NCBI RefSeq assembly: GCF_963921235.1
Contig: NC_086108.1
Location: 36,830,001 to 36,894,000 of the forward strand
Direction: 5' to 3'
From: Mobula hypostoma
Lineage: Eukaryota
Length of the DNA: 64,000 nt
Below are positions 24,452 through 38,203 of this stretch, piece by piece (positions within the stretch are counted from its first letter, which is position 1; each line of letters starts with the position of its first letter). A program made the position numbers and the translations under genes. Under the pieces are notes generated by a model that saw only the letters and a list, made by a program, of their open reading frames with translations, searched no databases and was not told where the DNA came from.

Positions 24452-26412
24452 AGATATAGAAACATAGAAAACCTACAGCACAATACAGGCCCTTCGGCCC
24501 ACAACACTGTGTCGAGCATGTGCTTACTTTAGAAATTACCTAGGGTTACCCGTAGCCCTCTATTTTTCTAAGCTCTATGTACCTATCCAGGAGTCTCTTA
24601 AAAGATCCTGTTGTATCTGCCTCCACCATCGTCACTGGCAGCCCATTCCACGCATTCATCACTCTCTGCGTAAAAAACATACCACTGACATCTTCTCTCT
24701 ACCTGCTTTCAAGCACCTTAAACTGTGCCCTCTCATGTTACCTGTTTCAGCCTTGGGAAAAAGCCTCTGACTATCCACACAATCAATACCTCTCATTATC
24801 TTGTACACCTCTATCAGGTCACCTCTCATCCTCCTTCAGTACAAGGAGAAAAGGCTGAGTTCACTCAACCCATTCTCATAAGGCATGCTCCCCAATCCAG
24901 TCAACATCCTTGTAAATCTCCTGGGCACCCTTTCTATGGTTTCCATGTCCTTTCTGTAGTGAGGCGACCAGAACTGAGCACAGTACTTCAAGTGGGGTCT
25001 GACCAAGGTCCTATGTAGCTGCAACATTATCTCTTGGCTCTTGAACTCAATCCCATGGTTGATGAAGGCCAATGCATTGTATGCCTTCTGAACCACAGAG
25101 TCAACCTGCGCAGCAGCTTTGGGTGTCCTATGGACTCAGACCCCAAGATCCCTCTGATCCTCCACGCTGCCAAGTGTCTTACCATTAATATTATATTCTA
25201 TCATCATATTTGACCTACCAAAATGAACCACCCTACACTTACCTGGGTTGAACTCCATCTGCCACTTCTCAGCCCAATTTTTCATCCTATCAATGTCCCG
25301 CTGTAACCTCTGGCAGCCCTCCACACTATCCACAACACCCCCAACCTTTGTGTCATCAGCAAATTTACTAACCCATCCCTCCACTTCTTCATCCAGGTCA
25401 TTTATAAAAATCATGAAGAGAATCCCTGAGGCACACTACTGGCCACCAATCTCTGTGCAGAATATAACCTGTCTACAACCACTCTTTGCCTTCTATGGGC
25501 AAGCCAATTATGGATCCACAAAGCAAGGTGTCCTTGGATCACATACCTCCTTACTTTCTCAATAAGCCTTGCATGGGATACCTTGTCAAATGCCTTGTTG
25601 AAATCCATATACACTACATCTACTGCTCTACCTTCATCAATGTGTTTAGTCATAACCTCAAAAAATTCAATCAGCTCCTAAAGCACAACCTGTCTTTAAC
25701 AAAGCCATGCTGACTATTTCTAATCGTATTATGCCTCTCCAAATGTTCATAAATCCTGCCTCTGAGGATCTTCTCTATCAACTTACCAACCACTGAAGTA
25801 AGACTCACTGGTCTCTAATTTCTTGAGCTATCTCTACCCCCTTTCTTGAATAAGGGAACAACATCTGCAACCCACCAAACCGCTGGAACCTCTCCCATCC
25901 CCATTGATGATGCAAAGATCATTGCCAGAGGCTCAGCAATCTCCTCCCTCGCTTCCCACAGTAGCCTGGGGTACATCCCATACGGTCCCGGTGACTTATC
26001 CAACTTGATGCTTTCCAAAAGCTCCAGAACATCTTCTATCTTAATGTCTATATGCTCAAGTTCACTGTAAGTCATCCCTACAATCGCCAAGGTCCTTTTC
26101 CATAGTGAATACTGAAGCAAAGTATTCATTAAGTACCTCTGCTATCTCCTCCGGTTCCATACACACTTTTCCACTGTCACACTTGATTGGTCCTATTCTC
26201 TCACACCTTATCCTCTTGCTCTTCACATACTTGTAGAATGCCTTGGGGTTTTCCCTAATCCTGTCTGCCAAGGCCTTCTCATGGCCCCTTCTGGCTCTCT
26301 TAAATTCTTAAATTCCTTCCTGCTAGCCTTATAATTTTCTAGATCTCTCTCATTACCTTGTTGTTTTGAACCTTTCCTAAGCTTTTCTTTTCTTCTTGAC
26401 TAGATTTTCAGC
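24452..26412 (-). mobile_element. 5'-truncated CR1 LINE (same subfamily as 5906-9990)
   Basis: RT pieces 25815-26271, 25411-25653, 25136-25414 (FADD), 24836-25096; tail reads ATAGAAACATAGAAA on +. Confidence 0.95.
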
Positions 26413-27014
26413 ATGGTTATTGGATTTAGGGTTCTTGGATTTATTCAGCTTTCCTGCAAGAAAATGAATCTCATGGCTGTACATGGTGACACATATGTAC
26501 TTTGATAATATATCTACTTTGAACTTTTGAACCTTGAACCTGAATTGCTTGAGCTGTGAGGCAGTGGCTCTACTACCTGCATTACTGTGCCACTTATGAA
26601 AGTCCTTTCAAATCCACACAAAACTTACTGGTGATCTCATCAAGCTGATGGAAGAACCACAGCATAACATTATTAAAGTTATGAACTGACAGATCTTGTA
26701 TACCCTCTTTGAATGAGGTGGTTTGCACCTCAATGACACCTCTGCTTCTGTAGAGGAGGATCATGTGATCACTGAGGAACTGTACTGGAGGGGGCCTCTC
26801 TCCTGTCTGGGCAGCTTCCCTCTTGTTCCTTTTAAACTAAATGGGGAAAACGTCTCAGAACAATTCACTGGGGTTGGGGTGGGGAAATGGGTAAAAATGC
26901 CAGTGATTGCATGTGTAGAGACATGAAGGATTGTCGATTCTCGCTTCTGAATGAGACCACACAAGCCACATTCTGGCAAGACTTTTTTAAGTAAACATGA
27001 CAGATCTTCAGGTT

Positions 27015-27350
27015 CTCTTCCTCCTTCCTTTCCCTTCCCTCTTTCCCTCTCTCCACCTCACTTCTCCCTTCCCACCCTCCCCCTCTCGCCCTTCTCTTCC
27101 CTTTTTTCCTCCACTTTCTCTTCCCCTCTCTGTTTCTGTCCTGGTCACTCTCCTCACCTCTCTACCTCCTCTCTTTCTCTCTCCTCCCTCTGCTTCTCTG
27201 CCTCTCTCTCTTGTCCCCTCCCTTTCTGCTCCTCTCCCCCCTCTTTCTCCCTCTATCTCCATTTCTCTCCCCTCTCTCTACCACTTACTCTCCCCACTCA
27301 CTCTCTCCCTCACCTCCCTCACCATGTCCTCTCCTCCTCTCTCTCTCCTT
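27015..27350 (+). repeat. C/T-rich low-complexity (polypyrimidine/polypurine) tract
   Basis: About 335 bp composed almost entirely of C and T on +. Confidence 0.9.
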
Positions 27351-27977
27351 GTGTTTTGATATGGATAGTTGCCATGGAGAGTTTCCTTATGAGGACATGT
27401 TCTTCTCCAGTGGTTATGTTATAAAATTAAGCAGTCGATTTAAATTAAGATGAGAATTAAAAATACTCTCATTTTCTTTTAATTATTTTCTTGAAAGGTT
27501 CCTGATTTGACATTCACATTAAACATAGCATCCAAAAAAGAAAGTAAAATTCAACTTCTAGGTAAAGAACTTGCAAGAAATTTCTGATCTAATATGTACG
27601 CTACTATGAAAGATTGATTAATTGTCTTGAAATAATAGTTACAAAAGGTAAAAAACACATCTTGTAAAATATAACTTGGATTTCAGGCAAATTAGATGAA
27701 ATAACCTTTACAAAAGGGATTAAAACAGAAAAAAAATGGGAAATTGTTATCAGCAAACTGACAGGAAAATTTACTATTCACTTAATGACTACACAACTAT
27801 GAAAATTGAGAGCACTATATTATTTGCAGACATTTACAAGATTCTCCTGTAAATTTTAATATCTATTAACATTTAAGATGTATGTTGCTAAGGGAAAATA
27901 AAGCAACTCTCAAAACTATTTCTTTCATGTAAAACTGACTTTCAATTGCTAATAAGCTAGAGAAGGTAAACTTGCAA

Positions 27978-28110
27978 AGTCCTGACGAAGGTTCACAGCC
28001 CGAAACGTCGACTGTACTTCTTCCTATAGATGCTGCCTGGCCTGCTGCGTTCCACCAGCATTTTGTGTGTGTTGCTTGAATTTCCAGCATCTGCAGATTT
28101 CCTCGTGTTT
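27978..28110 (+). mobile_element. Penelope-like terminal repeat fragment starting at a hammerhead motif (27978-28013)
   Basis: AGTC-CTGACGA-AGGTTCACAGCCC-GAAACGTC-GACT followed by sequence closely matching 13270-13336, plus the CAGCATCTGCAGATTTCCTCGTGTTT end. Confidence 0.88.
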
Positions 28111-29325
28111 AAGGACTTGTAGGAAGTGGGCAGGAGACAGTATACTGAAAACCTGTAAGCATGAAAAAGAACCTTAGAATTACAATGATCTTAATGAAAG
28201 AATGAGGTATTACTGAGTCTTAAAATCATGATTCAATTCTCTCATTCTCAATGGCCTTTCTCTTGTTGCATCTCCTGAGTATTACAGACCTATCCTGCTC
28301 TGTGTAGGTCAAAAAGGATAGTAACTTTTGCCTCCTCAATTGCATAAATGTGATAGAATCATGGAAAAGCGATCTGTTCTTCCCATTCTTCCTCAAAAAG
28401 TATTGTTAAGTAAAATTCCATCTTTCAACATTAGGTTCTTGCCTCAGCAATAATTGAATATATCCAATTACTTCTTCAGTGTGAAGCAGGTTTCTGTCTC
28501 AACCATCCCTTTGTGGAATTCCAGAGTCCCACTACTGTTCACTTGCAAGCGAAGGTCTGTCTTCATCTGCCAGGGAAACCTTGGAGAACCAACACAACAG
28601 AGACAGAGATCTAGCCAAAGATTTCAGCAACCCTTGATTTTTGTGTGGTATTTATGATTTTATTTTAAAATATAGCCCTGTTGATATTTGTTCCGATTGC
28701 ACTGCTGGCTTTAATTCTGATAGTGTGGCTGCCTTTAAACTTGAACTTCTGTTGGATCACGTGAGGGCAGCCATTTTGTTTTGGTGGAGTTTTCGGTCAG
28801 ACTGAAGAACATTTGCCCAATCCTGTGTCGTCTTTCAACAATAAGCAATTGAAAGCATTGTCTGTAAGTTCATAAAGGAGAATGCCATCTGAGCAATATT
28901 TTATGGTATTGTTATGTAAAAATTAATTCCTGATAATCGGTATAGTGTTTGACCAGTGTTGTGTATGTGGCCGGGTTACACAACAAAGCTATAAATAAAA
29001 ACGCTGGAGACGGGAGCTAAGTTAACAGGGTTCTTTACTGACTGAAACTGAATTGAACACACATGTATAGATCAATACGTGCCTAATAGCGCATGCAATG
29101 ACGTGTTACTACAACATAAAGTAGTACGATAATATACAGAAGGCTATATGGAACACTCCTCCTGTTTTATTTTAATAGAGATCAACTGTTTTTTTTTCTG
29201 GGGCACTATGTTAAACAAATATGTGTACCCTTAACATAGAAACACCTACCAATTGTTTACTTAGCAACTTAATAATATCAAATTATAATAAAGTAATGTT
29301 ATAATAAAAATTATTATTATTATAA

Positions 29326-31983
29326 TTATAACTCAAGTCTCTGGGGAGGTCTTCTCTGCCTCTCCGGGTAACGTCTGCCCTGAAATGTTTGCTTTAGGGA
29401 ATTAGTCTCCAGAGGTATATTAGGTGGGTCGTCAGCACTGATGACAGGTTTATCTGTGGATGAGGCTGATGTGGTCATATCAGGAGTGTTTGCTTCTATG
29501 TCATGGGAGTCCGGGCAAGGCGTTGTTGTGTTTTTCACCTGAGCGTCCAGGATTTGATCCACATGACGTTTCCATACATTCTCTCTCACCTGTATTCTAT
29601 ACATCAGTAGCCACTTTTCAGTCCAGTAATCACGTGCAAGTACTGACTGTCCCACACTGAAGCTCTGTGTTGGCTTAGCATTCAAGTGTTTGAACTGTCT
29701 GTTTTCCAAATCACGCCGTACATCTGGTTTGACAAGACCCATGCAGGACCTCAGGTTCCTGTTCAGAAACATCATCACTGGGGCCTGATTAGTGGTTGCA
29801 TGTACTGCATTATGATAGGCAAGGAGGAAGTTGTCTACCTTGTGTTGTTGTGGTCGATTTTCACCGTCCATTGCCTTGATGGCTTTCTTGAATGTCTGCA
29901 CAAATCTTTCCACCAAACCATTTGTGGATGGATGGTAAGGGGCAGATATAAAGTGCTTGATTCCATTGTTCTCCACAAAACTTTGGAATTCTTCAGAGAC
30001 AAATTGTCATCCATTGTCTGTACAGATTTGTTCTGGTATGCCATTCCTGGTGAACATGGTCCTCAGAACCGTAATGGTCTTTTCCGATGTGGTTGATTTC
30101 ATTTTGATGACCTCTGGCCATTTGGAATGTGTATCAACGGCGATTAAAAAGATAGGGTCCATGAATGGTCCAGCAAACCCAATGTGCACTTGTTGCCATG
30201 GTGATGAGGGCGACTCCCATGGATGGAGAGGGGCTTGTGGTAGTATGTTCTGGATCTTTTGACATCCAGAGCAATTCTTGGGCAAGTCTGTTTATCGATT
30301 CCTGGCCACCACACATAGGCACGGGCACGACTTTTCATCTTCACGGTACCCAGGTGCCCCTTGTGCAGTTCCTCCAGCACTCTGGTGTGTAGCTTGGGAG
30401 GAATCACAACTCGTAAACCACACATTAGAGTTCTCCGACACATTAACAACTGCTCCTTCCTCGCTGTGAAGGCTGGAAACAGTGTTACCACGCTCTGGCC
30501 ATCCCTTTACCGTGATGTCATACACTTTTGACAACATAGGGTCATTGCGTGTTTCTCTTTCAATGAGGCTGTTTGTTACTGGTAATTGTTCAACTATTCT
30601 TGTGTGAAAGACCTCTGCTGAATCTATTTGCATAGTTATCTCGGAAGTGGGCAGTGGTAAACGTGACAAGCCATCTGCATTGCCGTGTTGCTTGGTCCCC
30701 TTGTGTTCAGTGTCATACATGTGACCTCCTAAGAAAAGAGACCATCACTGCAGCCTTTGTGCTGTCATCACTGGAACGCCTTTTCTTGAGTTGAAGATTG
30801 ACACGAGAGGCTGATGGTCAGTCAACAGGGTAAACTTTTGACCATACAGGTAGTGACTGAATTTCTTGACTCTCCACACGAGGCTTAGGGCCTCTCTGTC
30901 GATTTGTGCGTGGTTGCGTTCAGCTGAAGTTAGTGTTCTTGAGGCAAAGGCTATTGGTCTTTCGGAGCCATCTGAAAACTTGTGCGATAACTCAGCTCCT
31001 ATCCCATGGGATGAGGCATCACAAGCCAGTCGGATTGGTAAGGAGGGGTCAAAGTGTACGAGCACCACTTCTGAAGTTATGAGTCTTTTACTTTCTTGAA
31101 ACGCTTTCTCACAGCTCTCAGTCCACTTCTATTGTGTCCCTATCTGTAATAGTGCATTTAGTGAGTGTAGGACTGTGGATAGGTTAGGCAAGAACTTGTG
31201 ATAGTAGTTCACTAGACCAGGATATGCTCTCAGTTGAGACACATTTTCAAGTGGTGGTGCCTTAAGCACTGTTTATATCTTGTCTTGAGATATGTGTAAG
31301 ACATCCTTGTTGATCACAAGCCCACAGTATGAGAATTCCTTTTCGAAAAACTCACATTTCTGTCATTTAGCTCTGAGCCCATATTCTCGTAACCTGGTGA
31401 GCACTTGTTCAAGGTTAGAAAGATGTTCGTCATCATCTTTGCCAGTGATAATGATGTCATCCAGGTAACACTGAGTCCCTGAAATCTCCTGCAGGACCTG
31501 GTCCATTGCCCTTTGCCAGATTGCAGGTGCTGATGCTATCCCAAACACCAACCTGTTGTACTGGTAAAGTGTTTTGTCTGTATTTATTGTCAGATATTTC
31601 TTGGATGCTTCATCAATTTCCATTTGGAGGTAAGCCTGGGTCAAATCGATTTTTGTGAAATGTTCCCCTCCTGACAGGGAAGCAAAAATGTCCTCAATTC
31701 GGTGTAGAGGATACTGTACTGTGTGGAGAACTGGGTTAACAATCACTTTAAAGTCACCACATATGCGCACCTTGCTTGGTTTTCCTGGTTTCATGCTGGA
31801 GGTTTTCTTCATCACTGGAACAATAGGCACGGCCCATTCACTCCAATCTACCTTTGACAGGACCCCGGTCTGCTCCAGATTTTTCAGCTCTGCCTCTACT
31901 GTAGGACGGATTGCATATGGCACTGGTCTGGCTTTGTGAAATTTTGGACATGCATTTTCCTCAATCTCAATCTTTGCCTTCAT
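29326..31983 (-). pseudogene. pol: Gypsy pol (RT, RNase H, integrase), frameshifted
   Basis: RICGDFK, YLDDII; ACDAS...IAFASRTL...TDHQPL; integrase WQQVHIGFAGPF, TDNG, SAPYHPSTNGLVERFVQT. Confidence 0.93.
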
Positions 31984-31986
31984 GCC

Positions 31987-33255
31987 CTAAAGTGTTCCTA
32001 TTCCTTTCATGAACACTTCCTCAGAGTCAGCAAGTATTTGTGACAGTCTCTCAGATGTAGCCTTGCTGCCCTCCTTTGCTGACACAACTAGTGCCTTGAT
32101 GGTGTGCCAGTCCAACTGGATTTTCCTGAGCCATTCACGTCCCAGCAATGGTGGTCCTCCATTTTTCAGTACATAGAGGTTCAGCCGCTGTGTTTTGTCT
32201 CCGTAGGTCACTGTCACATTAATTTTACCTTTGGGATGCACTTTCTGTCCTATATAAGTCCTTAGTAGTAGTTTAGTTCGTTTCAGAGGTATGTGAGAAA
32301 ACAGTCGTTTGTAGTCGTGTACAGAGATCATTGTTAAAGCTGAGCCTGTGTCCAACTCCATCTTCAGTCTCACGCCTACCACTTGTGGAGTGATCCATAT
32401 TACGCTTCGATCATCTGTCTCTTTTACGCTGTGAAGTTGCAGACAAGGCAATTCACTTTCACCTGAGTTGTTTTCATTAGAACTGCTTTCTTCCATTTTG
32501 TGTACATTGTTGTATTTTCCTCTCTGGGGTTTCTTGTTTCTCTGTAATTTGTCCTTTTTCTGCTGTTTACTAGCTTTGCATACTCTGCCAATGTGGCCCT
32601 GTTTGCCACAGTTTCTGCATTCTTTGTCTTTAAAATAACAGTCATCAGGGTCATGTGACCTGTTCCCACAACGATAACATTTCTTTCCTTCATTTCTGTT
32701 TGGTGTCATTTTATCCGTGGCATGTTCCAGAGATTTTTGTTGTATCTTGGAAGCACCCGGTGCCGCTGTTTCTGTTGATATTGCAATGTTTAGTGCTTTC
32801 TCAAATGCAAGGTCTTTGTCACACAAGAGCTTCTTCTGTGTGGTTTCACAGTGCATGCCACACACTAACCTGTCCCTCGATGCCTCTGATAGACCAGCTC
32901 CAAATTGACAATGTTCTGATAATTTGCGCAATTCAGCACAATATTCAGAAATGCTTTCATTTTTGCTCTGATTCCAATTGTGGAATTTAAATCTTTCAGC
33001 AATGACCAGTGGTTTGGGGTTTAAATGCTGTTGGAGAGTGTCTACTATTTGCTTGAACGTTTTGTCAGCTGGCTTTTCAGGGGTTAACAAGCTCCGTAGC
33101 AGCCTGTATGTTTTTGCTCCCATAATACCGAGTAAAACATTGGCTTTCTTTTCATCATTAACACCATTAGCCTCACAATATAACTCCACTCTTTCAATGT
33201 AAGTTGCCCAGTCTTCAATGCCACTATCAAATGCTGTAATGGTTCCAATCATCAC
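31987..33255 (-). pseudogene. gag: Gypsy gag (two CCHC knuckles) and aspartic protease
   Basis: CYRCGNRSHDPDDC, CRNCGKQGHIGRVC, MELDTGSA within ORF 31987-33333; the likely start is the MVMIG methionine. Confidence 0.92.
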
Positions 33256-34846
33256 CATCTTTGTTATGTTAATTAAGCCCCGTTTTCCCCTTATTTTCCT
33301 TTTTGACTCACGTGACCTTTTTGCTAGCGCCATGAGCGCACTTCGTCTAGGTTTGTGTGTCGCTTCTTTTTATCTCCCTTCCGGTGCAGGCAGACCCTCA
33401 GCCCCTGGGGGTCAGCGCCGGCTGTGGTCTCGGCTGATTGTGCTGCGGCTCCGACTGTGTCTCTTGGTCTCCCAACGTTCCCAACCTGCGGCTATGCTTC
33501 CATTTCCTTTCAGACCCGCTCTGCCTTGGCTCGTACCTTGCGCTCTTCTTCCGAGTGTCGTTATCAATTAAAACCTGGCGTTCCGATGCGATGTAGGTTC
33601 ATTAACCTCATCGCCAATTTGTTGTGTATGTGGCCGGGTTACATAACAAAGCTGTAAATAAAAATGCTGGAGATGGGAGCTAAGTTAACAGGGTACTTTA
33701 CTGACTGAAACTGAACTGAACACACACGTACAGATCAATACGCGCCTAGTAGCGTATGCAGTGATGTGTTACTACAACATAAAGTAGTCCCATAATATAC
33801 AGTAGGCTATAAGGTACAACCAGCCTTGGTAATTAAATAATGCTTACATTCTCACATACTTTAAAACTTTGCTTACTCATGCTGTGTATAATCTACATGT
33901 GTATATTTTATATGTAAGTCTAGCTTCTAGCTTCAAAAATTACTAATTTCTTATGAATATGTGATTTAATCATCATACGTTTGCTGCATTAAGTACTTCC
34001 GGTGTCTTTCTGATTCGCTCTTAGTTTTACTCTGACTCAATTGTATGTGTGTGTGCTGCCCAATAAAGCACCTGGAGCTTGGATGCTTCATCCTGAGTTC
34101 CATGTTCAGCTGAGTGGAGTTTGGCTTACTGCTGAATTGCCTGCTTCCTACTTCACACACAAGAAGAGCAATAACAAGTGGTAGTTGGGTGGAGTATACT
34201 ACTCCGTTTGATTTCCTGCCAGCTCCAGTGTCTTGGTGGGCGGTAATTTATTCTGTCCCAATGACCAGTACACCCCACTGGCTAAAGTGCACATCCTATG
34301 CCTAGAGCAGAGTCTGTAGGCAAACCTCCATATACATGCATGAGCTGTGGTGACGGAATGAGAAGATGGAATTGAAACTTGCATCAACTTCACAAAAAAT
34401 GTGATTTTTGTCAGATATGACTGGCTTTGTAGAATGATAAAGCATGGAGGAGTCCATTTGGCCCATCAAACATGTGCCTGTACAGAAATAGAAGAGGCAT
34501 CCCATTCTTACTGCTTCAATTGCTCATTCTCCAGCTAAGTTTTAATATTGATCCACTGTTCTTTCAGAAAATAATTGACTTGGCCTTCTCCAACCACTCA
34601 AGCAATGCATTCCATTATTTTTTCATGTCCAAAAATACTGCTACTTTATGGCTTTTCTGTGCTTTGCTAATTACCTTTGCACTTAAATTCTTTTATGCTG
34701 AGAAACTGCTAAACAGTTGCCTAGTCTGGTACCCTGAGGAGACACACTTTTCCTATTCAATTGATAATAGCTCCTCATTGGACTTCAATGACACATAACA
34801 GCAACATATTTGTAGAGTTTATAAAGAATAAATAAGTCATTCAATT

Positions 34847-35914
34847 ACCATAGAAACTATAGAAACTACAGCACAGAAACAGGCCTTTTGGCCCTTCTTG
34901 GTTGTGCCGAACCATTTTCTGCCTAGTCCCACTGACCTGCACACGGACCATATCCCTCCATACACCTCCCATCCATGTATCTGTCCAATTTATTCTTAAG
35001 TGTTAAAAAAGAACCCACATTTACCACCTCGTCTGGCAGCTCATTCCACACCCCAACACTCTGTGTGAAGAAGCCCCCCCTAATGTTCCCTTTAAACTTT
35101 TCCCCCTCACCCTTAACCCATGTCCTCTGGCTTTTTTCTCCCCTTGCCTCAGTGGAAAAAGCCTGCTTGCATTCACTCTATCTATACCCATCATAATTTT
35201 ATATACCTCTATCAAATCTCCCCTCATTCTTCTACGCTCCAGGGAATAAAGTCCTAACCTATTCAACCTTTCTCTGTAACTGAGTTTCTCAAGTCCCGAC
35301 AACATCCTTGTAAACCTTCTCTGCACTCTTTCAACCTTATTTATATCCTTCCTGTAATTTGGTGACCAAAACTGAACACAATATTCCAGATTCGGCCTCA
35401 CCAATGCCTTATACAACCTCATCATAACATTCCAGCTCTTATACTCAATACTTCGATTAATAAAGGCCAATGTACCAAAAGCTCTCTTTACGACCCTATC
35501 TACCTGTGACGTCACTTATAGGGAATTTTGTATCTGTATTCCCAGATCCCTCTGTTCCACTGCACTCCTCAGTGCCTTACCATTAACCCTGTATGTTCTA
35601 CGTTGGTTTGTCCTTCCAATGTGCAATACCTCACACTTGTCAGTATTAAACTCCATCTGCCATTTTTCAGCCCATTTTTCCAGTTGGTCCAAGACCCTCT
35701 GCAGGCTCTGAAAACCTTCCTCACTGTCTACTACACCTCCAATCTTTGTATCATCAGCAAACTTGCTGATCCAATTTACCACATTATCATCCAGATCATT
35801 GATATAGATGACAAATAACAATGGACCCAGCACTGATCCCTGTGGCACACCACTAGTCACAGGCCTCCACTCAGAGAAGCAATTCTCTACCACCACTCTC
35901 TGGCTTCTTCCATT
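34847..35914 (-). mobile_element. 5'-truncated CR1 LINE
   Basis: ORFs 35516-35956 (FADD) and 35021-35515 in one frame split by TAA; tail reads CCATAGAAACTATAGAAAC on +; very similar to the 3' part of 14860-19035. Confidence 0.95.
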
Positions 35915-36329
35915 ATGTAAATAAACATTATTATTATGATACCTTGCCATCATCAAACTCTAGTACCTACTACAAATCTTCTTTTTCCAAATGCCACAAT
36001 GCACTATATCATGCTAGACCCAGCAGATGGTCCTTGCAATCTGCATATTAAATAGTTTGGAACACTTTAAATCTGGACACATTAAGTACTAACAAAAGAC
36101 TCAATTTTTTTCTGTGTGTATTTTGTTCCATAAAGCAACCATACTTTGCATTATATATATATTTTTTTTATTTCTCCTTGTATATTGCAGCATTTTTGGG
36201 CCAAAACAAGTTTTTGTGAGTAATTTGACAAAATTTTCTAACACACTCAATCATGGTTTTCCAGTAAAAATTAAACTGGAGCAGCTTGGCTGTATTTCAG
36301 CATGAAGGCACACTGGTAAATTAGTAAAT

Positions 36330-36490
36330 TCTTTTATTATTATTGCATGTATTGAGGTACAGTGAAAACCTTTGTTTTGTGAGCCAACTATACAAATCAT
36401 TCCTAATGTAACTACATTGAGGTAGTACAAAAGGAAAAGCAAAAACAGAATGTAGAATATAGTGTTACAGTTACAGAGAAAGTACAGGCA
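36330..36490 (-). mobile_element. Probable LINE 3' end fragment (Rex1/Babar-like)
   Basis: TTATTATT...GTACAGTGAAAA...TTGTTTTG layout similar to the 3' end at 19235-19330. Confidence 0.35.
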
Positions 36491-36785
36491 ATATGAACTA
36501 GGATTGTGTTTGTTGTAACAAGCAACGTTATGTCATTTTGATAAGATTATTGAGTGTAATATTTTCTTTCTTTTTGATGGCGAAGAGGGATTCTTAGTTC
36601 TTTGTTTCTCTCACTCCATCTCTTTCACTCTCTCTTCCTCTATATTGAGTCTGCCTAACCTGTTGAAAATTTACTTTTCCTATTTTAATCTAAAATACAG
36701 TTTCATTTTGAATTTCCTAGCATCCTGCAGACCTCATTGTACACAGAGCAATCCCAGCATAATAGGTCAATCTCAAAACTCATTG

Positions 36786-37634
36786 CAGGTTAAGTACCCC
36801 TCATCCGAAGTTCCAAAATCTGAAAACTTTTGAAATTCAAAGTTTTTTTGTGTGCTGACAAGACGCCATAAATAGAAAATTCTACAAGGTGCTGGGAAAG
36901 TTTCTGCACTCCATGAACAGTTCTGAGAAGTGACCTTACATATGTAATAAACAAAAGTTAATGAGAAATAGAAAAACATGGCATAAGTTGACAAATAAAG
37001 ATCTTGAATGTGTATTGAAAGAGTTGATCGTCAGTGTCAGAGTGAGCATATTCTGCTTAACGGTATGCTGATCATGAAATTAGCAAACATCTATTGTGAT
37101 GAATTGAAAATTGAAGGTAATTTTGAATATTCAGCAGACTGGTTGCAGAAATTTCAAGAAAGGCACGGTATTAAAATTTTAAAGATTTGCGGTGATCACG
37201 AAGCAGCAGAGAAATTCACTGAGTTTGTCAAGATTGTCGCAGATGAAAATCTAACATGTTGAACAGCTTCATCAGCACGTATGTGTGATGAACAAGTGTA
37301 AGAAAAGACCTGCTTCCTGGTAGTACATAAATTCAGAGTCAGGAATGATGGTGATGGCGAACAGCCACTGACTGACCACCTGGGTGGCCTTGGTAGTGAT
37401 TGCTTACCTTTCTGATGGTTCAACGTATGCATTATTATTTCATGCACAAAATTATTAAAAATATTATGTAAAACTACCTTCAGGGCATGTGTATAGGCTG
37501 TGTAAGTAATGTAAATGGATATCACATTTAGACTTGAGTCCCATCTCCAAGGTATCCCTTTATATGGATAAAAATATTCCAAAATCCATAAGACATCTAG
37601 CCCCAATCATTTTGCATAATAGGTGTTCAATCTG
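36786..37634 (+). mobile_element. Second Tigger4/Zombi-like deleted transposon
   Basis: CAGGTTAAGTACCCCTCATCC ... GTTCAATCTG followed by TA; ORF 37008-37262 LNGMLIMKLA...YSADWLQKFQERHGIKILKICG; collinear with 3319-4165. Confidence 0.88.
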
Positions 37635-37675
37635 TACAAAAATAAATTATAAGAATCCCAGTGTGAAGTATTTTG

Positions 37676-38203
37676 AACAGGAGAAAGTTTGCAGATGCTG
37701 GACATCCAAAACAACAAACACAAGATGCTGGAGGACCCCAGCAGGTCAGACAGCATCGATGGAAAAGAATAAACCGTTGATGTAGCGGGGCAAGACCCTT
37801 CTTCGGGATTGAGAAGGAAAGGGGAAGACGCCAGAATTAAAAAGGGGGGGGGGCGGGGAAGGAAGGAAGTAAGCACTAAGGTGATTGGTGAAGCTGGGTG
37901 GGTGGGAAAGATAAAGGGCTGGAGAAGCAAGAATCTGATAGGAGAGGAAAGTGGATCATAAGAGAACGGGAGGGAGGAGGGGACCCAGCGGAAAGTAATA
38001 GGCAGGTGAGAAGAAGTAAAATGTCAGAGTGTGGGGTTGGGGATGGAATCTGTTTATTGGAAGGAAAAATCCATATTCATGCCATCAGGTCGTAGGCTAC
38101 TCAGACGGAATATAAGGTGTTGCTCCTCCACCCTGAGGGTGGCCTATCTTGTCACAGGAGGAGGCCATGGACTGACACATCAGAACGGGAATGGGAATCA
38201 GAA
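37676..38203 (-). mobile_element. 5'-truncated Penelope-like element, hammerhead decayed
   Basis: Reverse complement encodes ATLRVEEQHLIFRLSSLRPDGMNMDFSFQ and the same terminal repeat; hammerhead core mutated (CCGAAGA...GCTAC). Confidence 0.85.

Larger units (their letters stand above)
28957..33818 (-). mobile_element. Full-length Ty3/Gypsy LTR retrotransposon (Mag-like clade), decayed
   Basis: 199-bp TG...CA LTRs 28957-29155 and 33620-33818 (about 18 mismatches by manual count); TSD ACCAG at 28952-28956 and 33819-33823; PBS TGGCGATGAGG (33606-33616, minus); PPT AGGAGGAG (29156-29163, minus). Confidence 0.97.

Noticed and set aside
26951..27453. Ser/Pro/Leu-rich and Arg/Glu/Gly-rich ORFs
   Set aside because: By-products of a C/T low-complexity tract that lacks stop codons; the same applies to ORFs at 10441-10893 and 12922-13339.
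31984..31989. In-frame TAG between gag-protease and RT as programmed readthrough
   Set aside because: It lies after the protease in what is normally one ORF in Mag-like elements; most simply an AAG-to-TAG decay mutation in a copy with many other lesions.
37775..37812. Fifth hammerhead copy as an active ribozyme
   Set aside because: Both core boxes are mutated (CCGAAGA; GCTAC instead of GAAAC).
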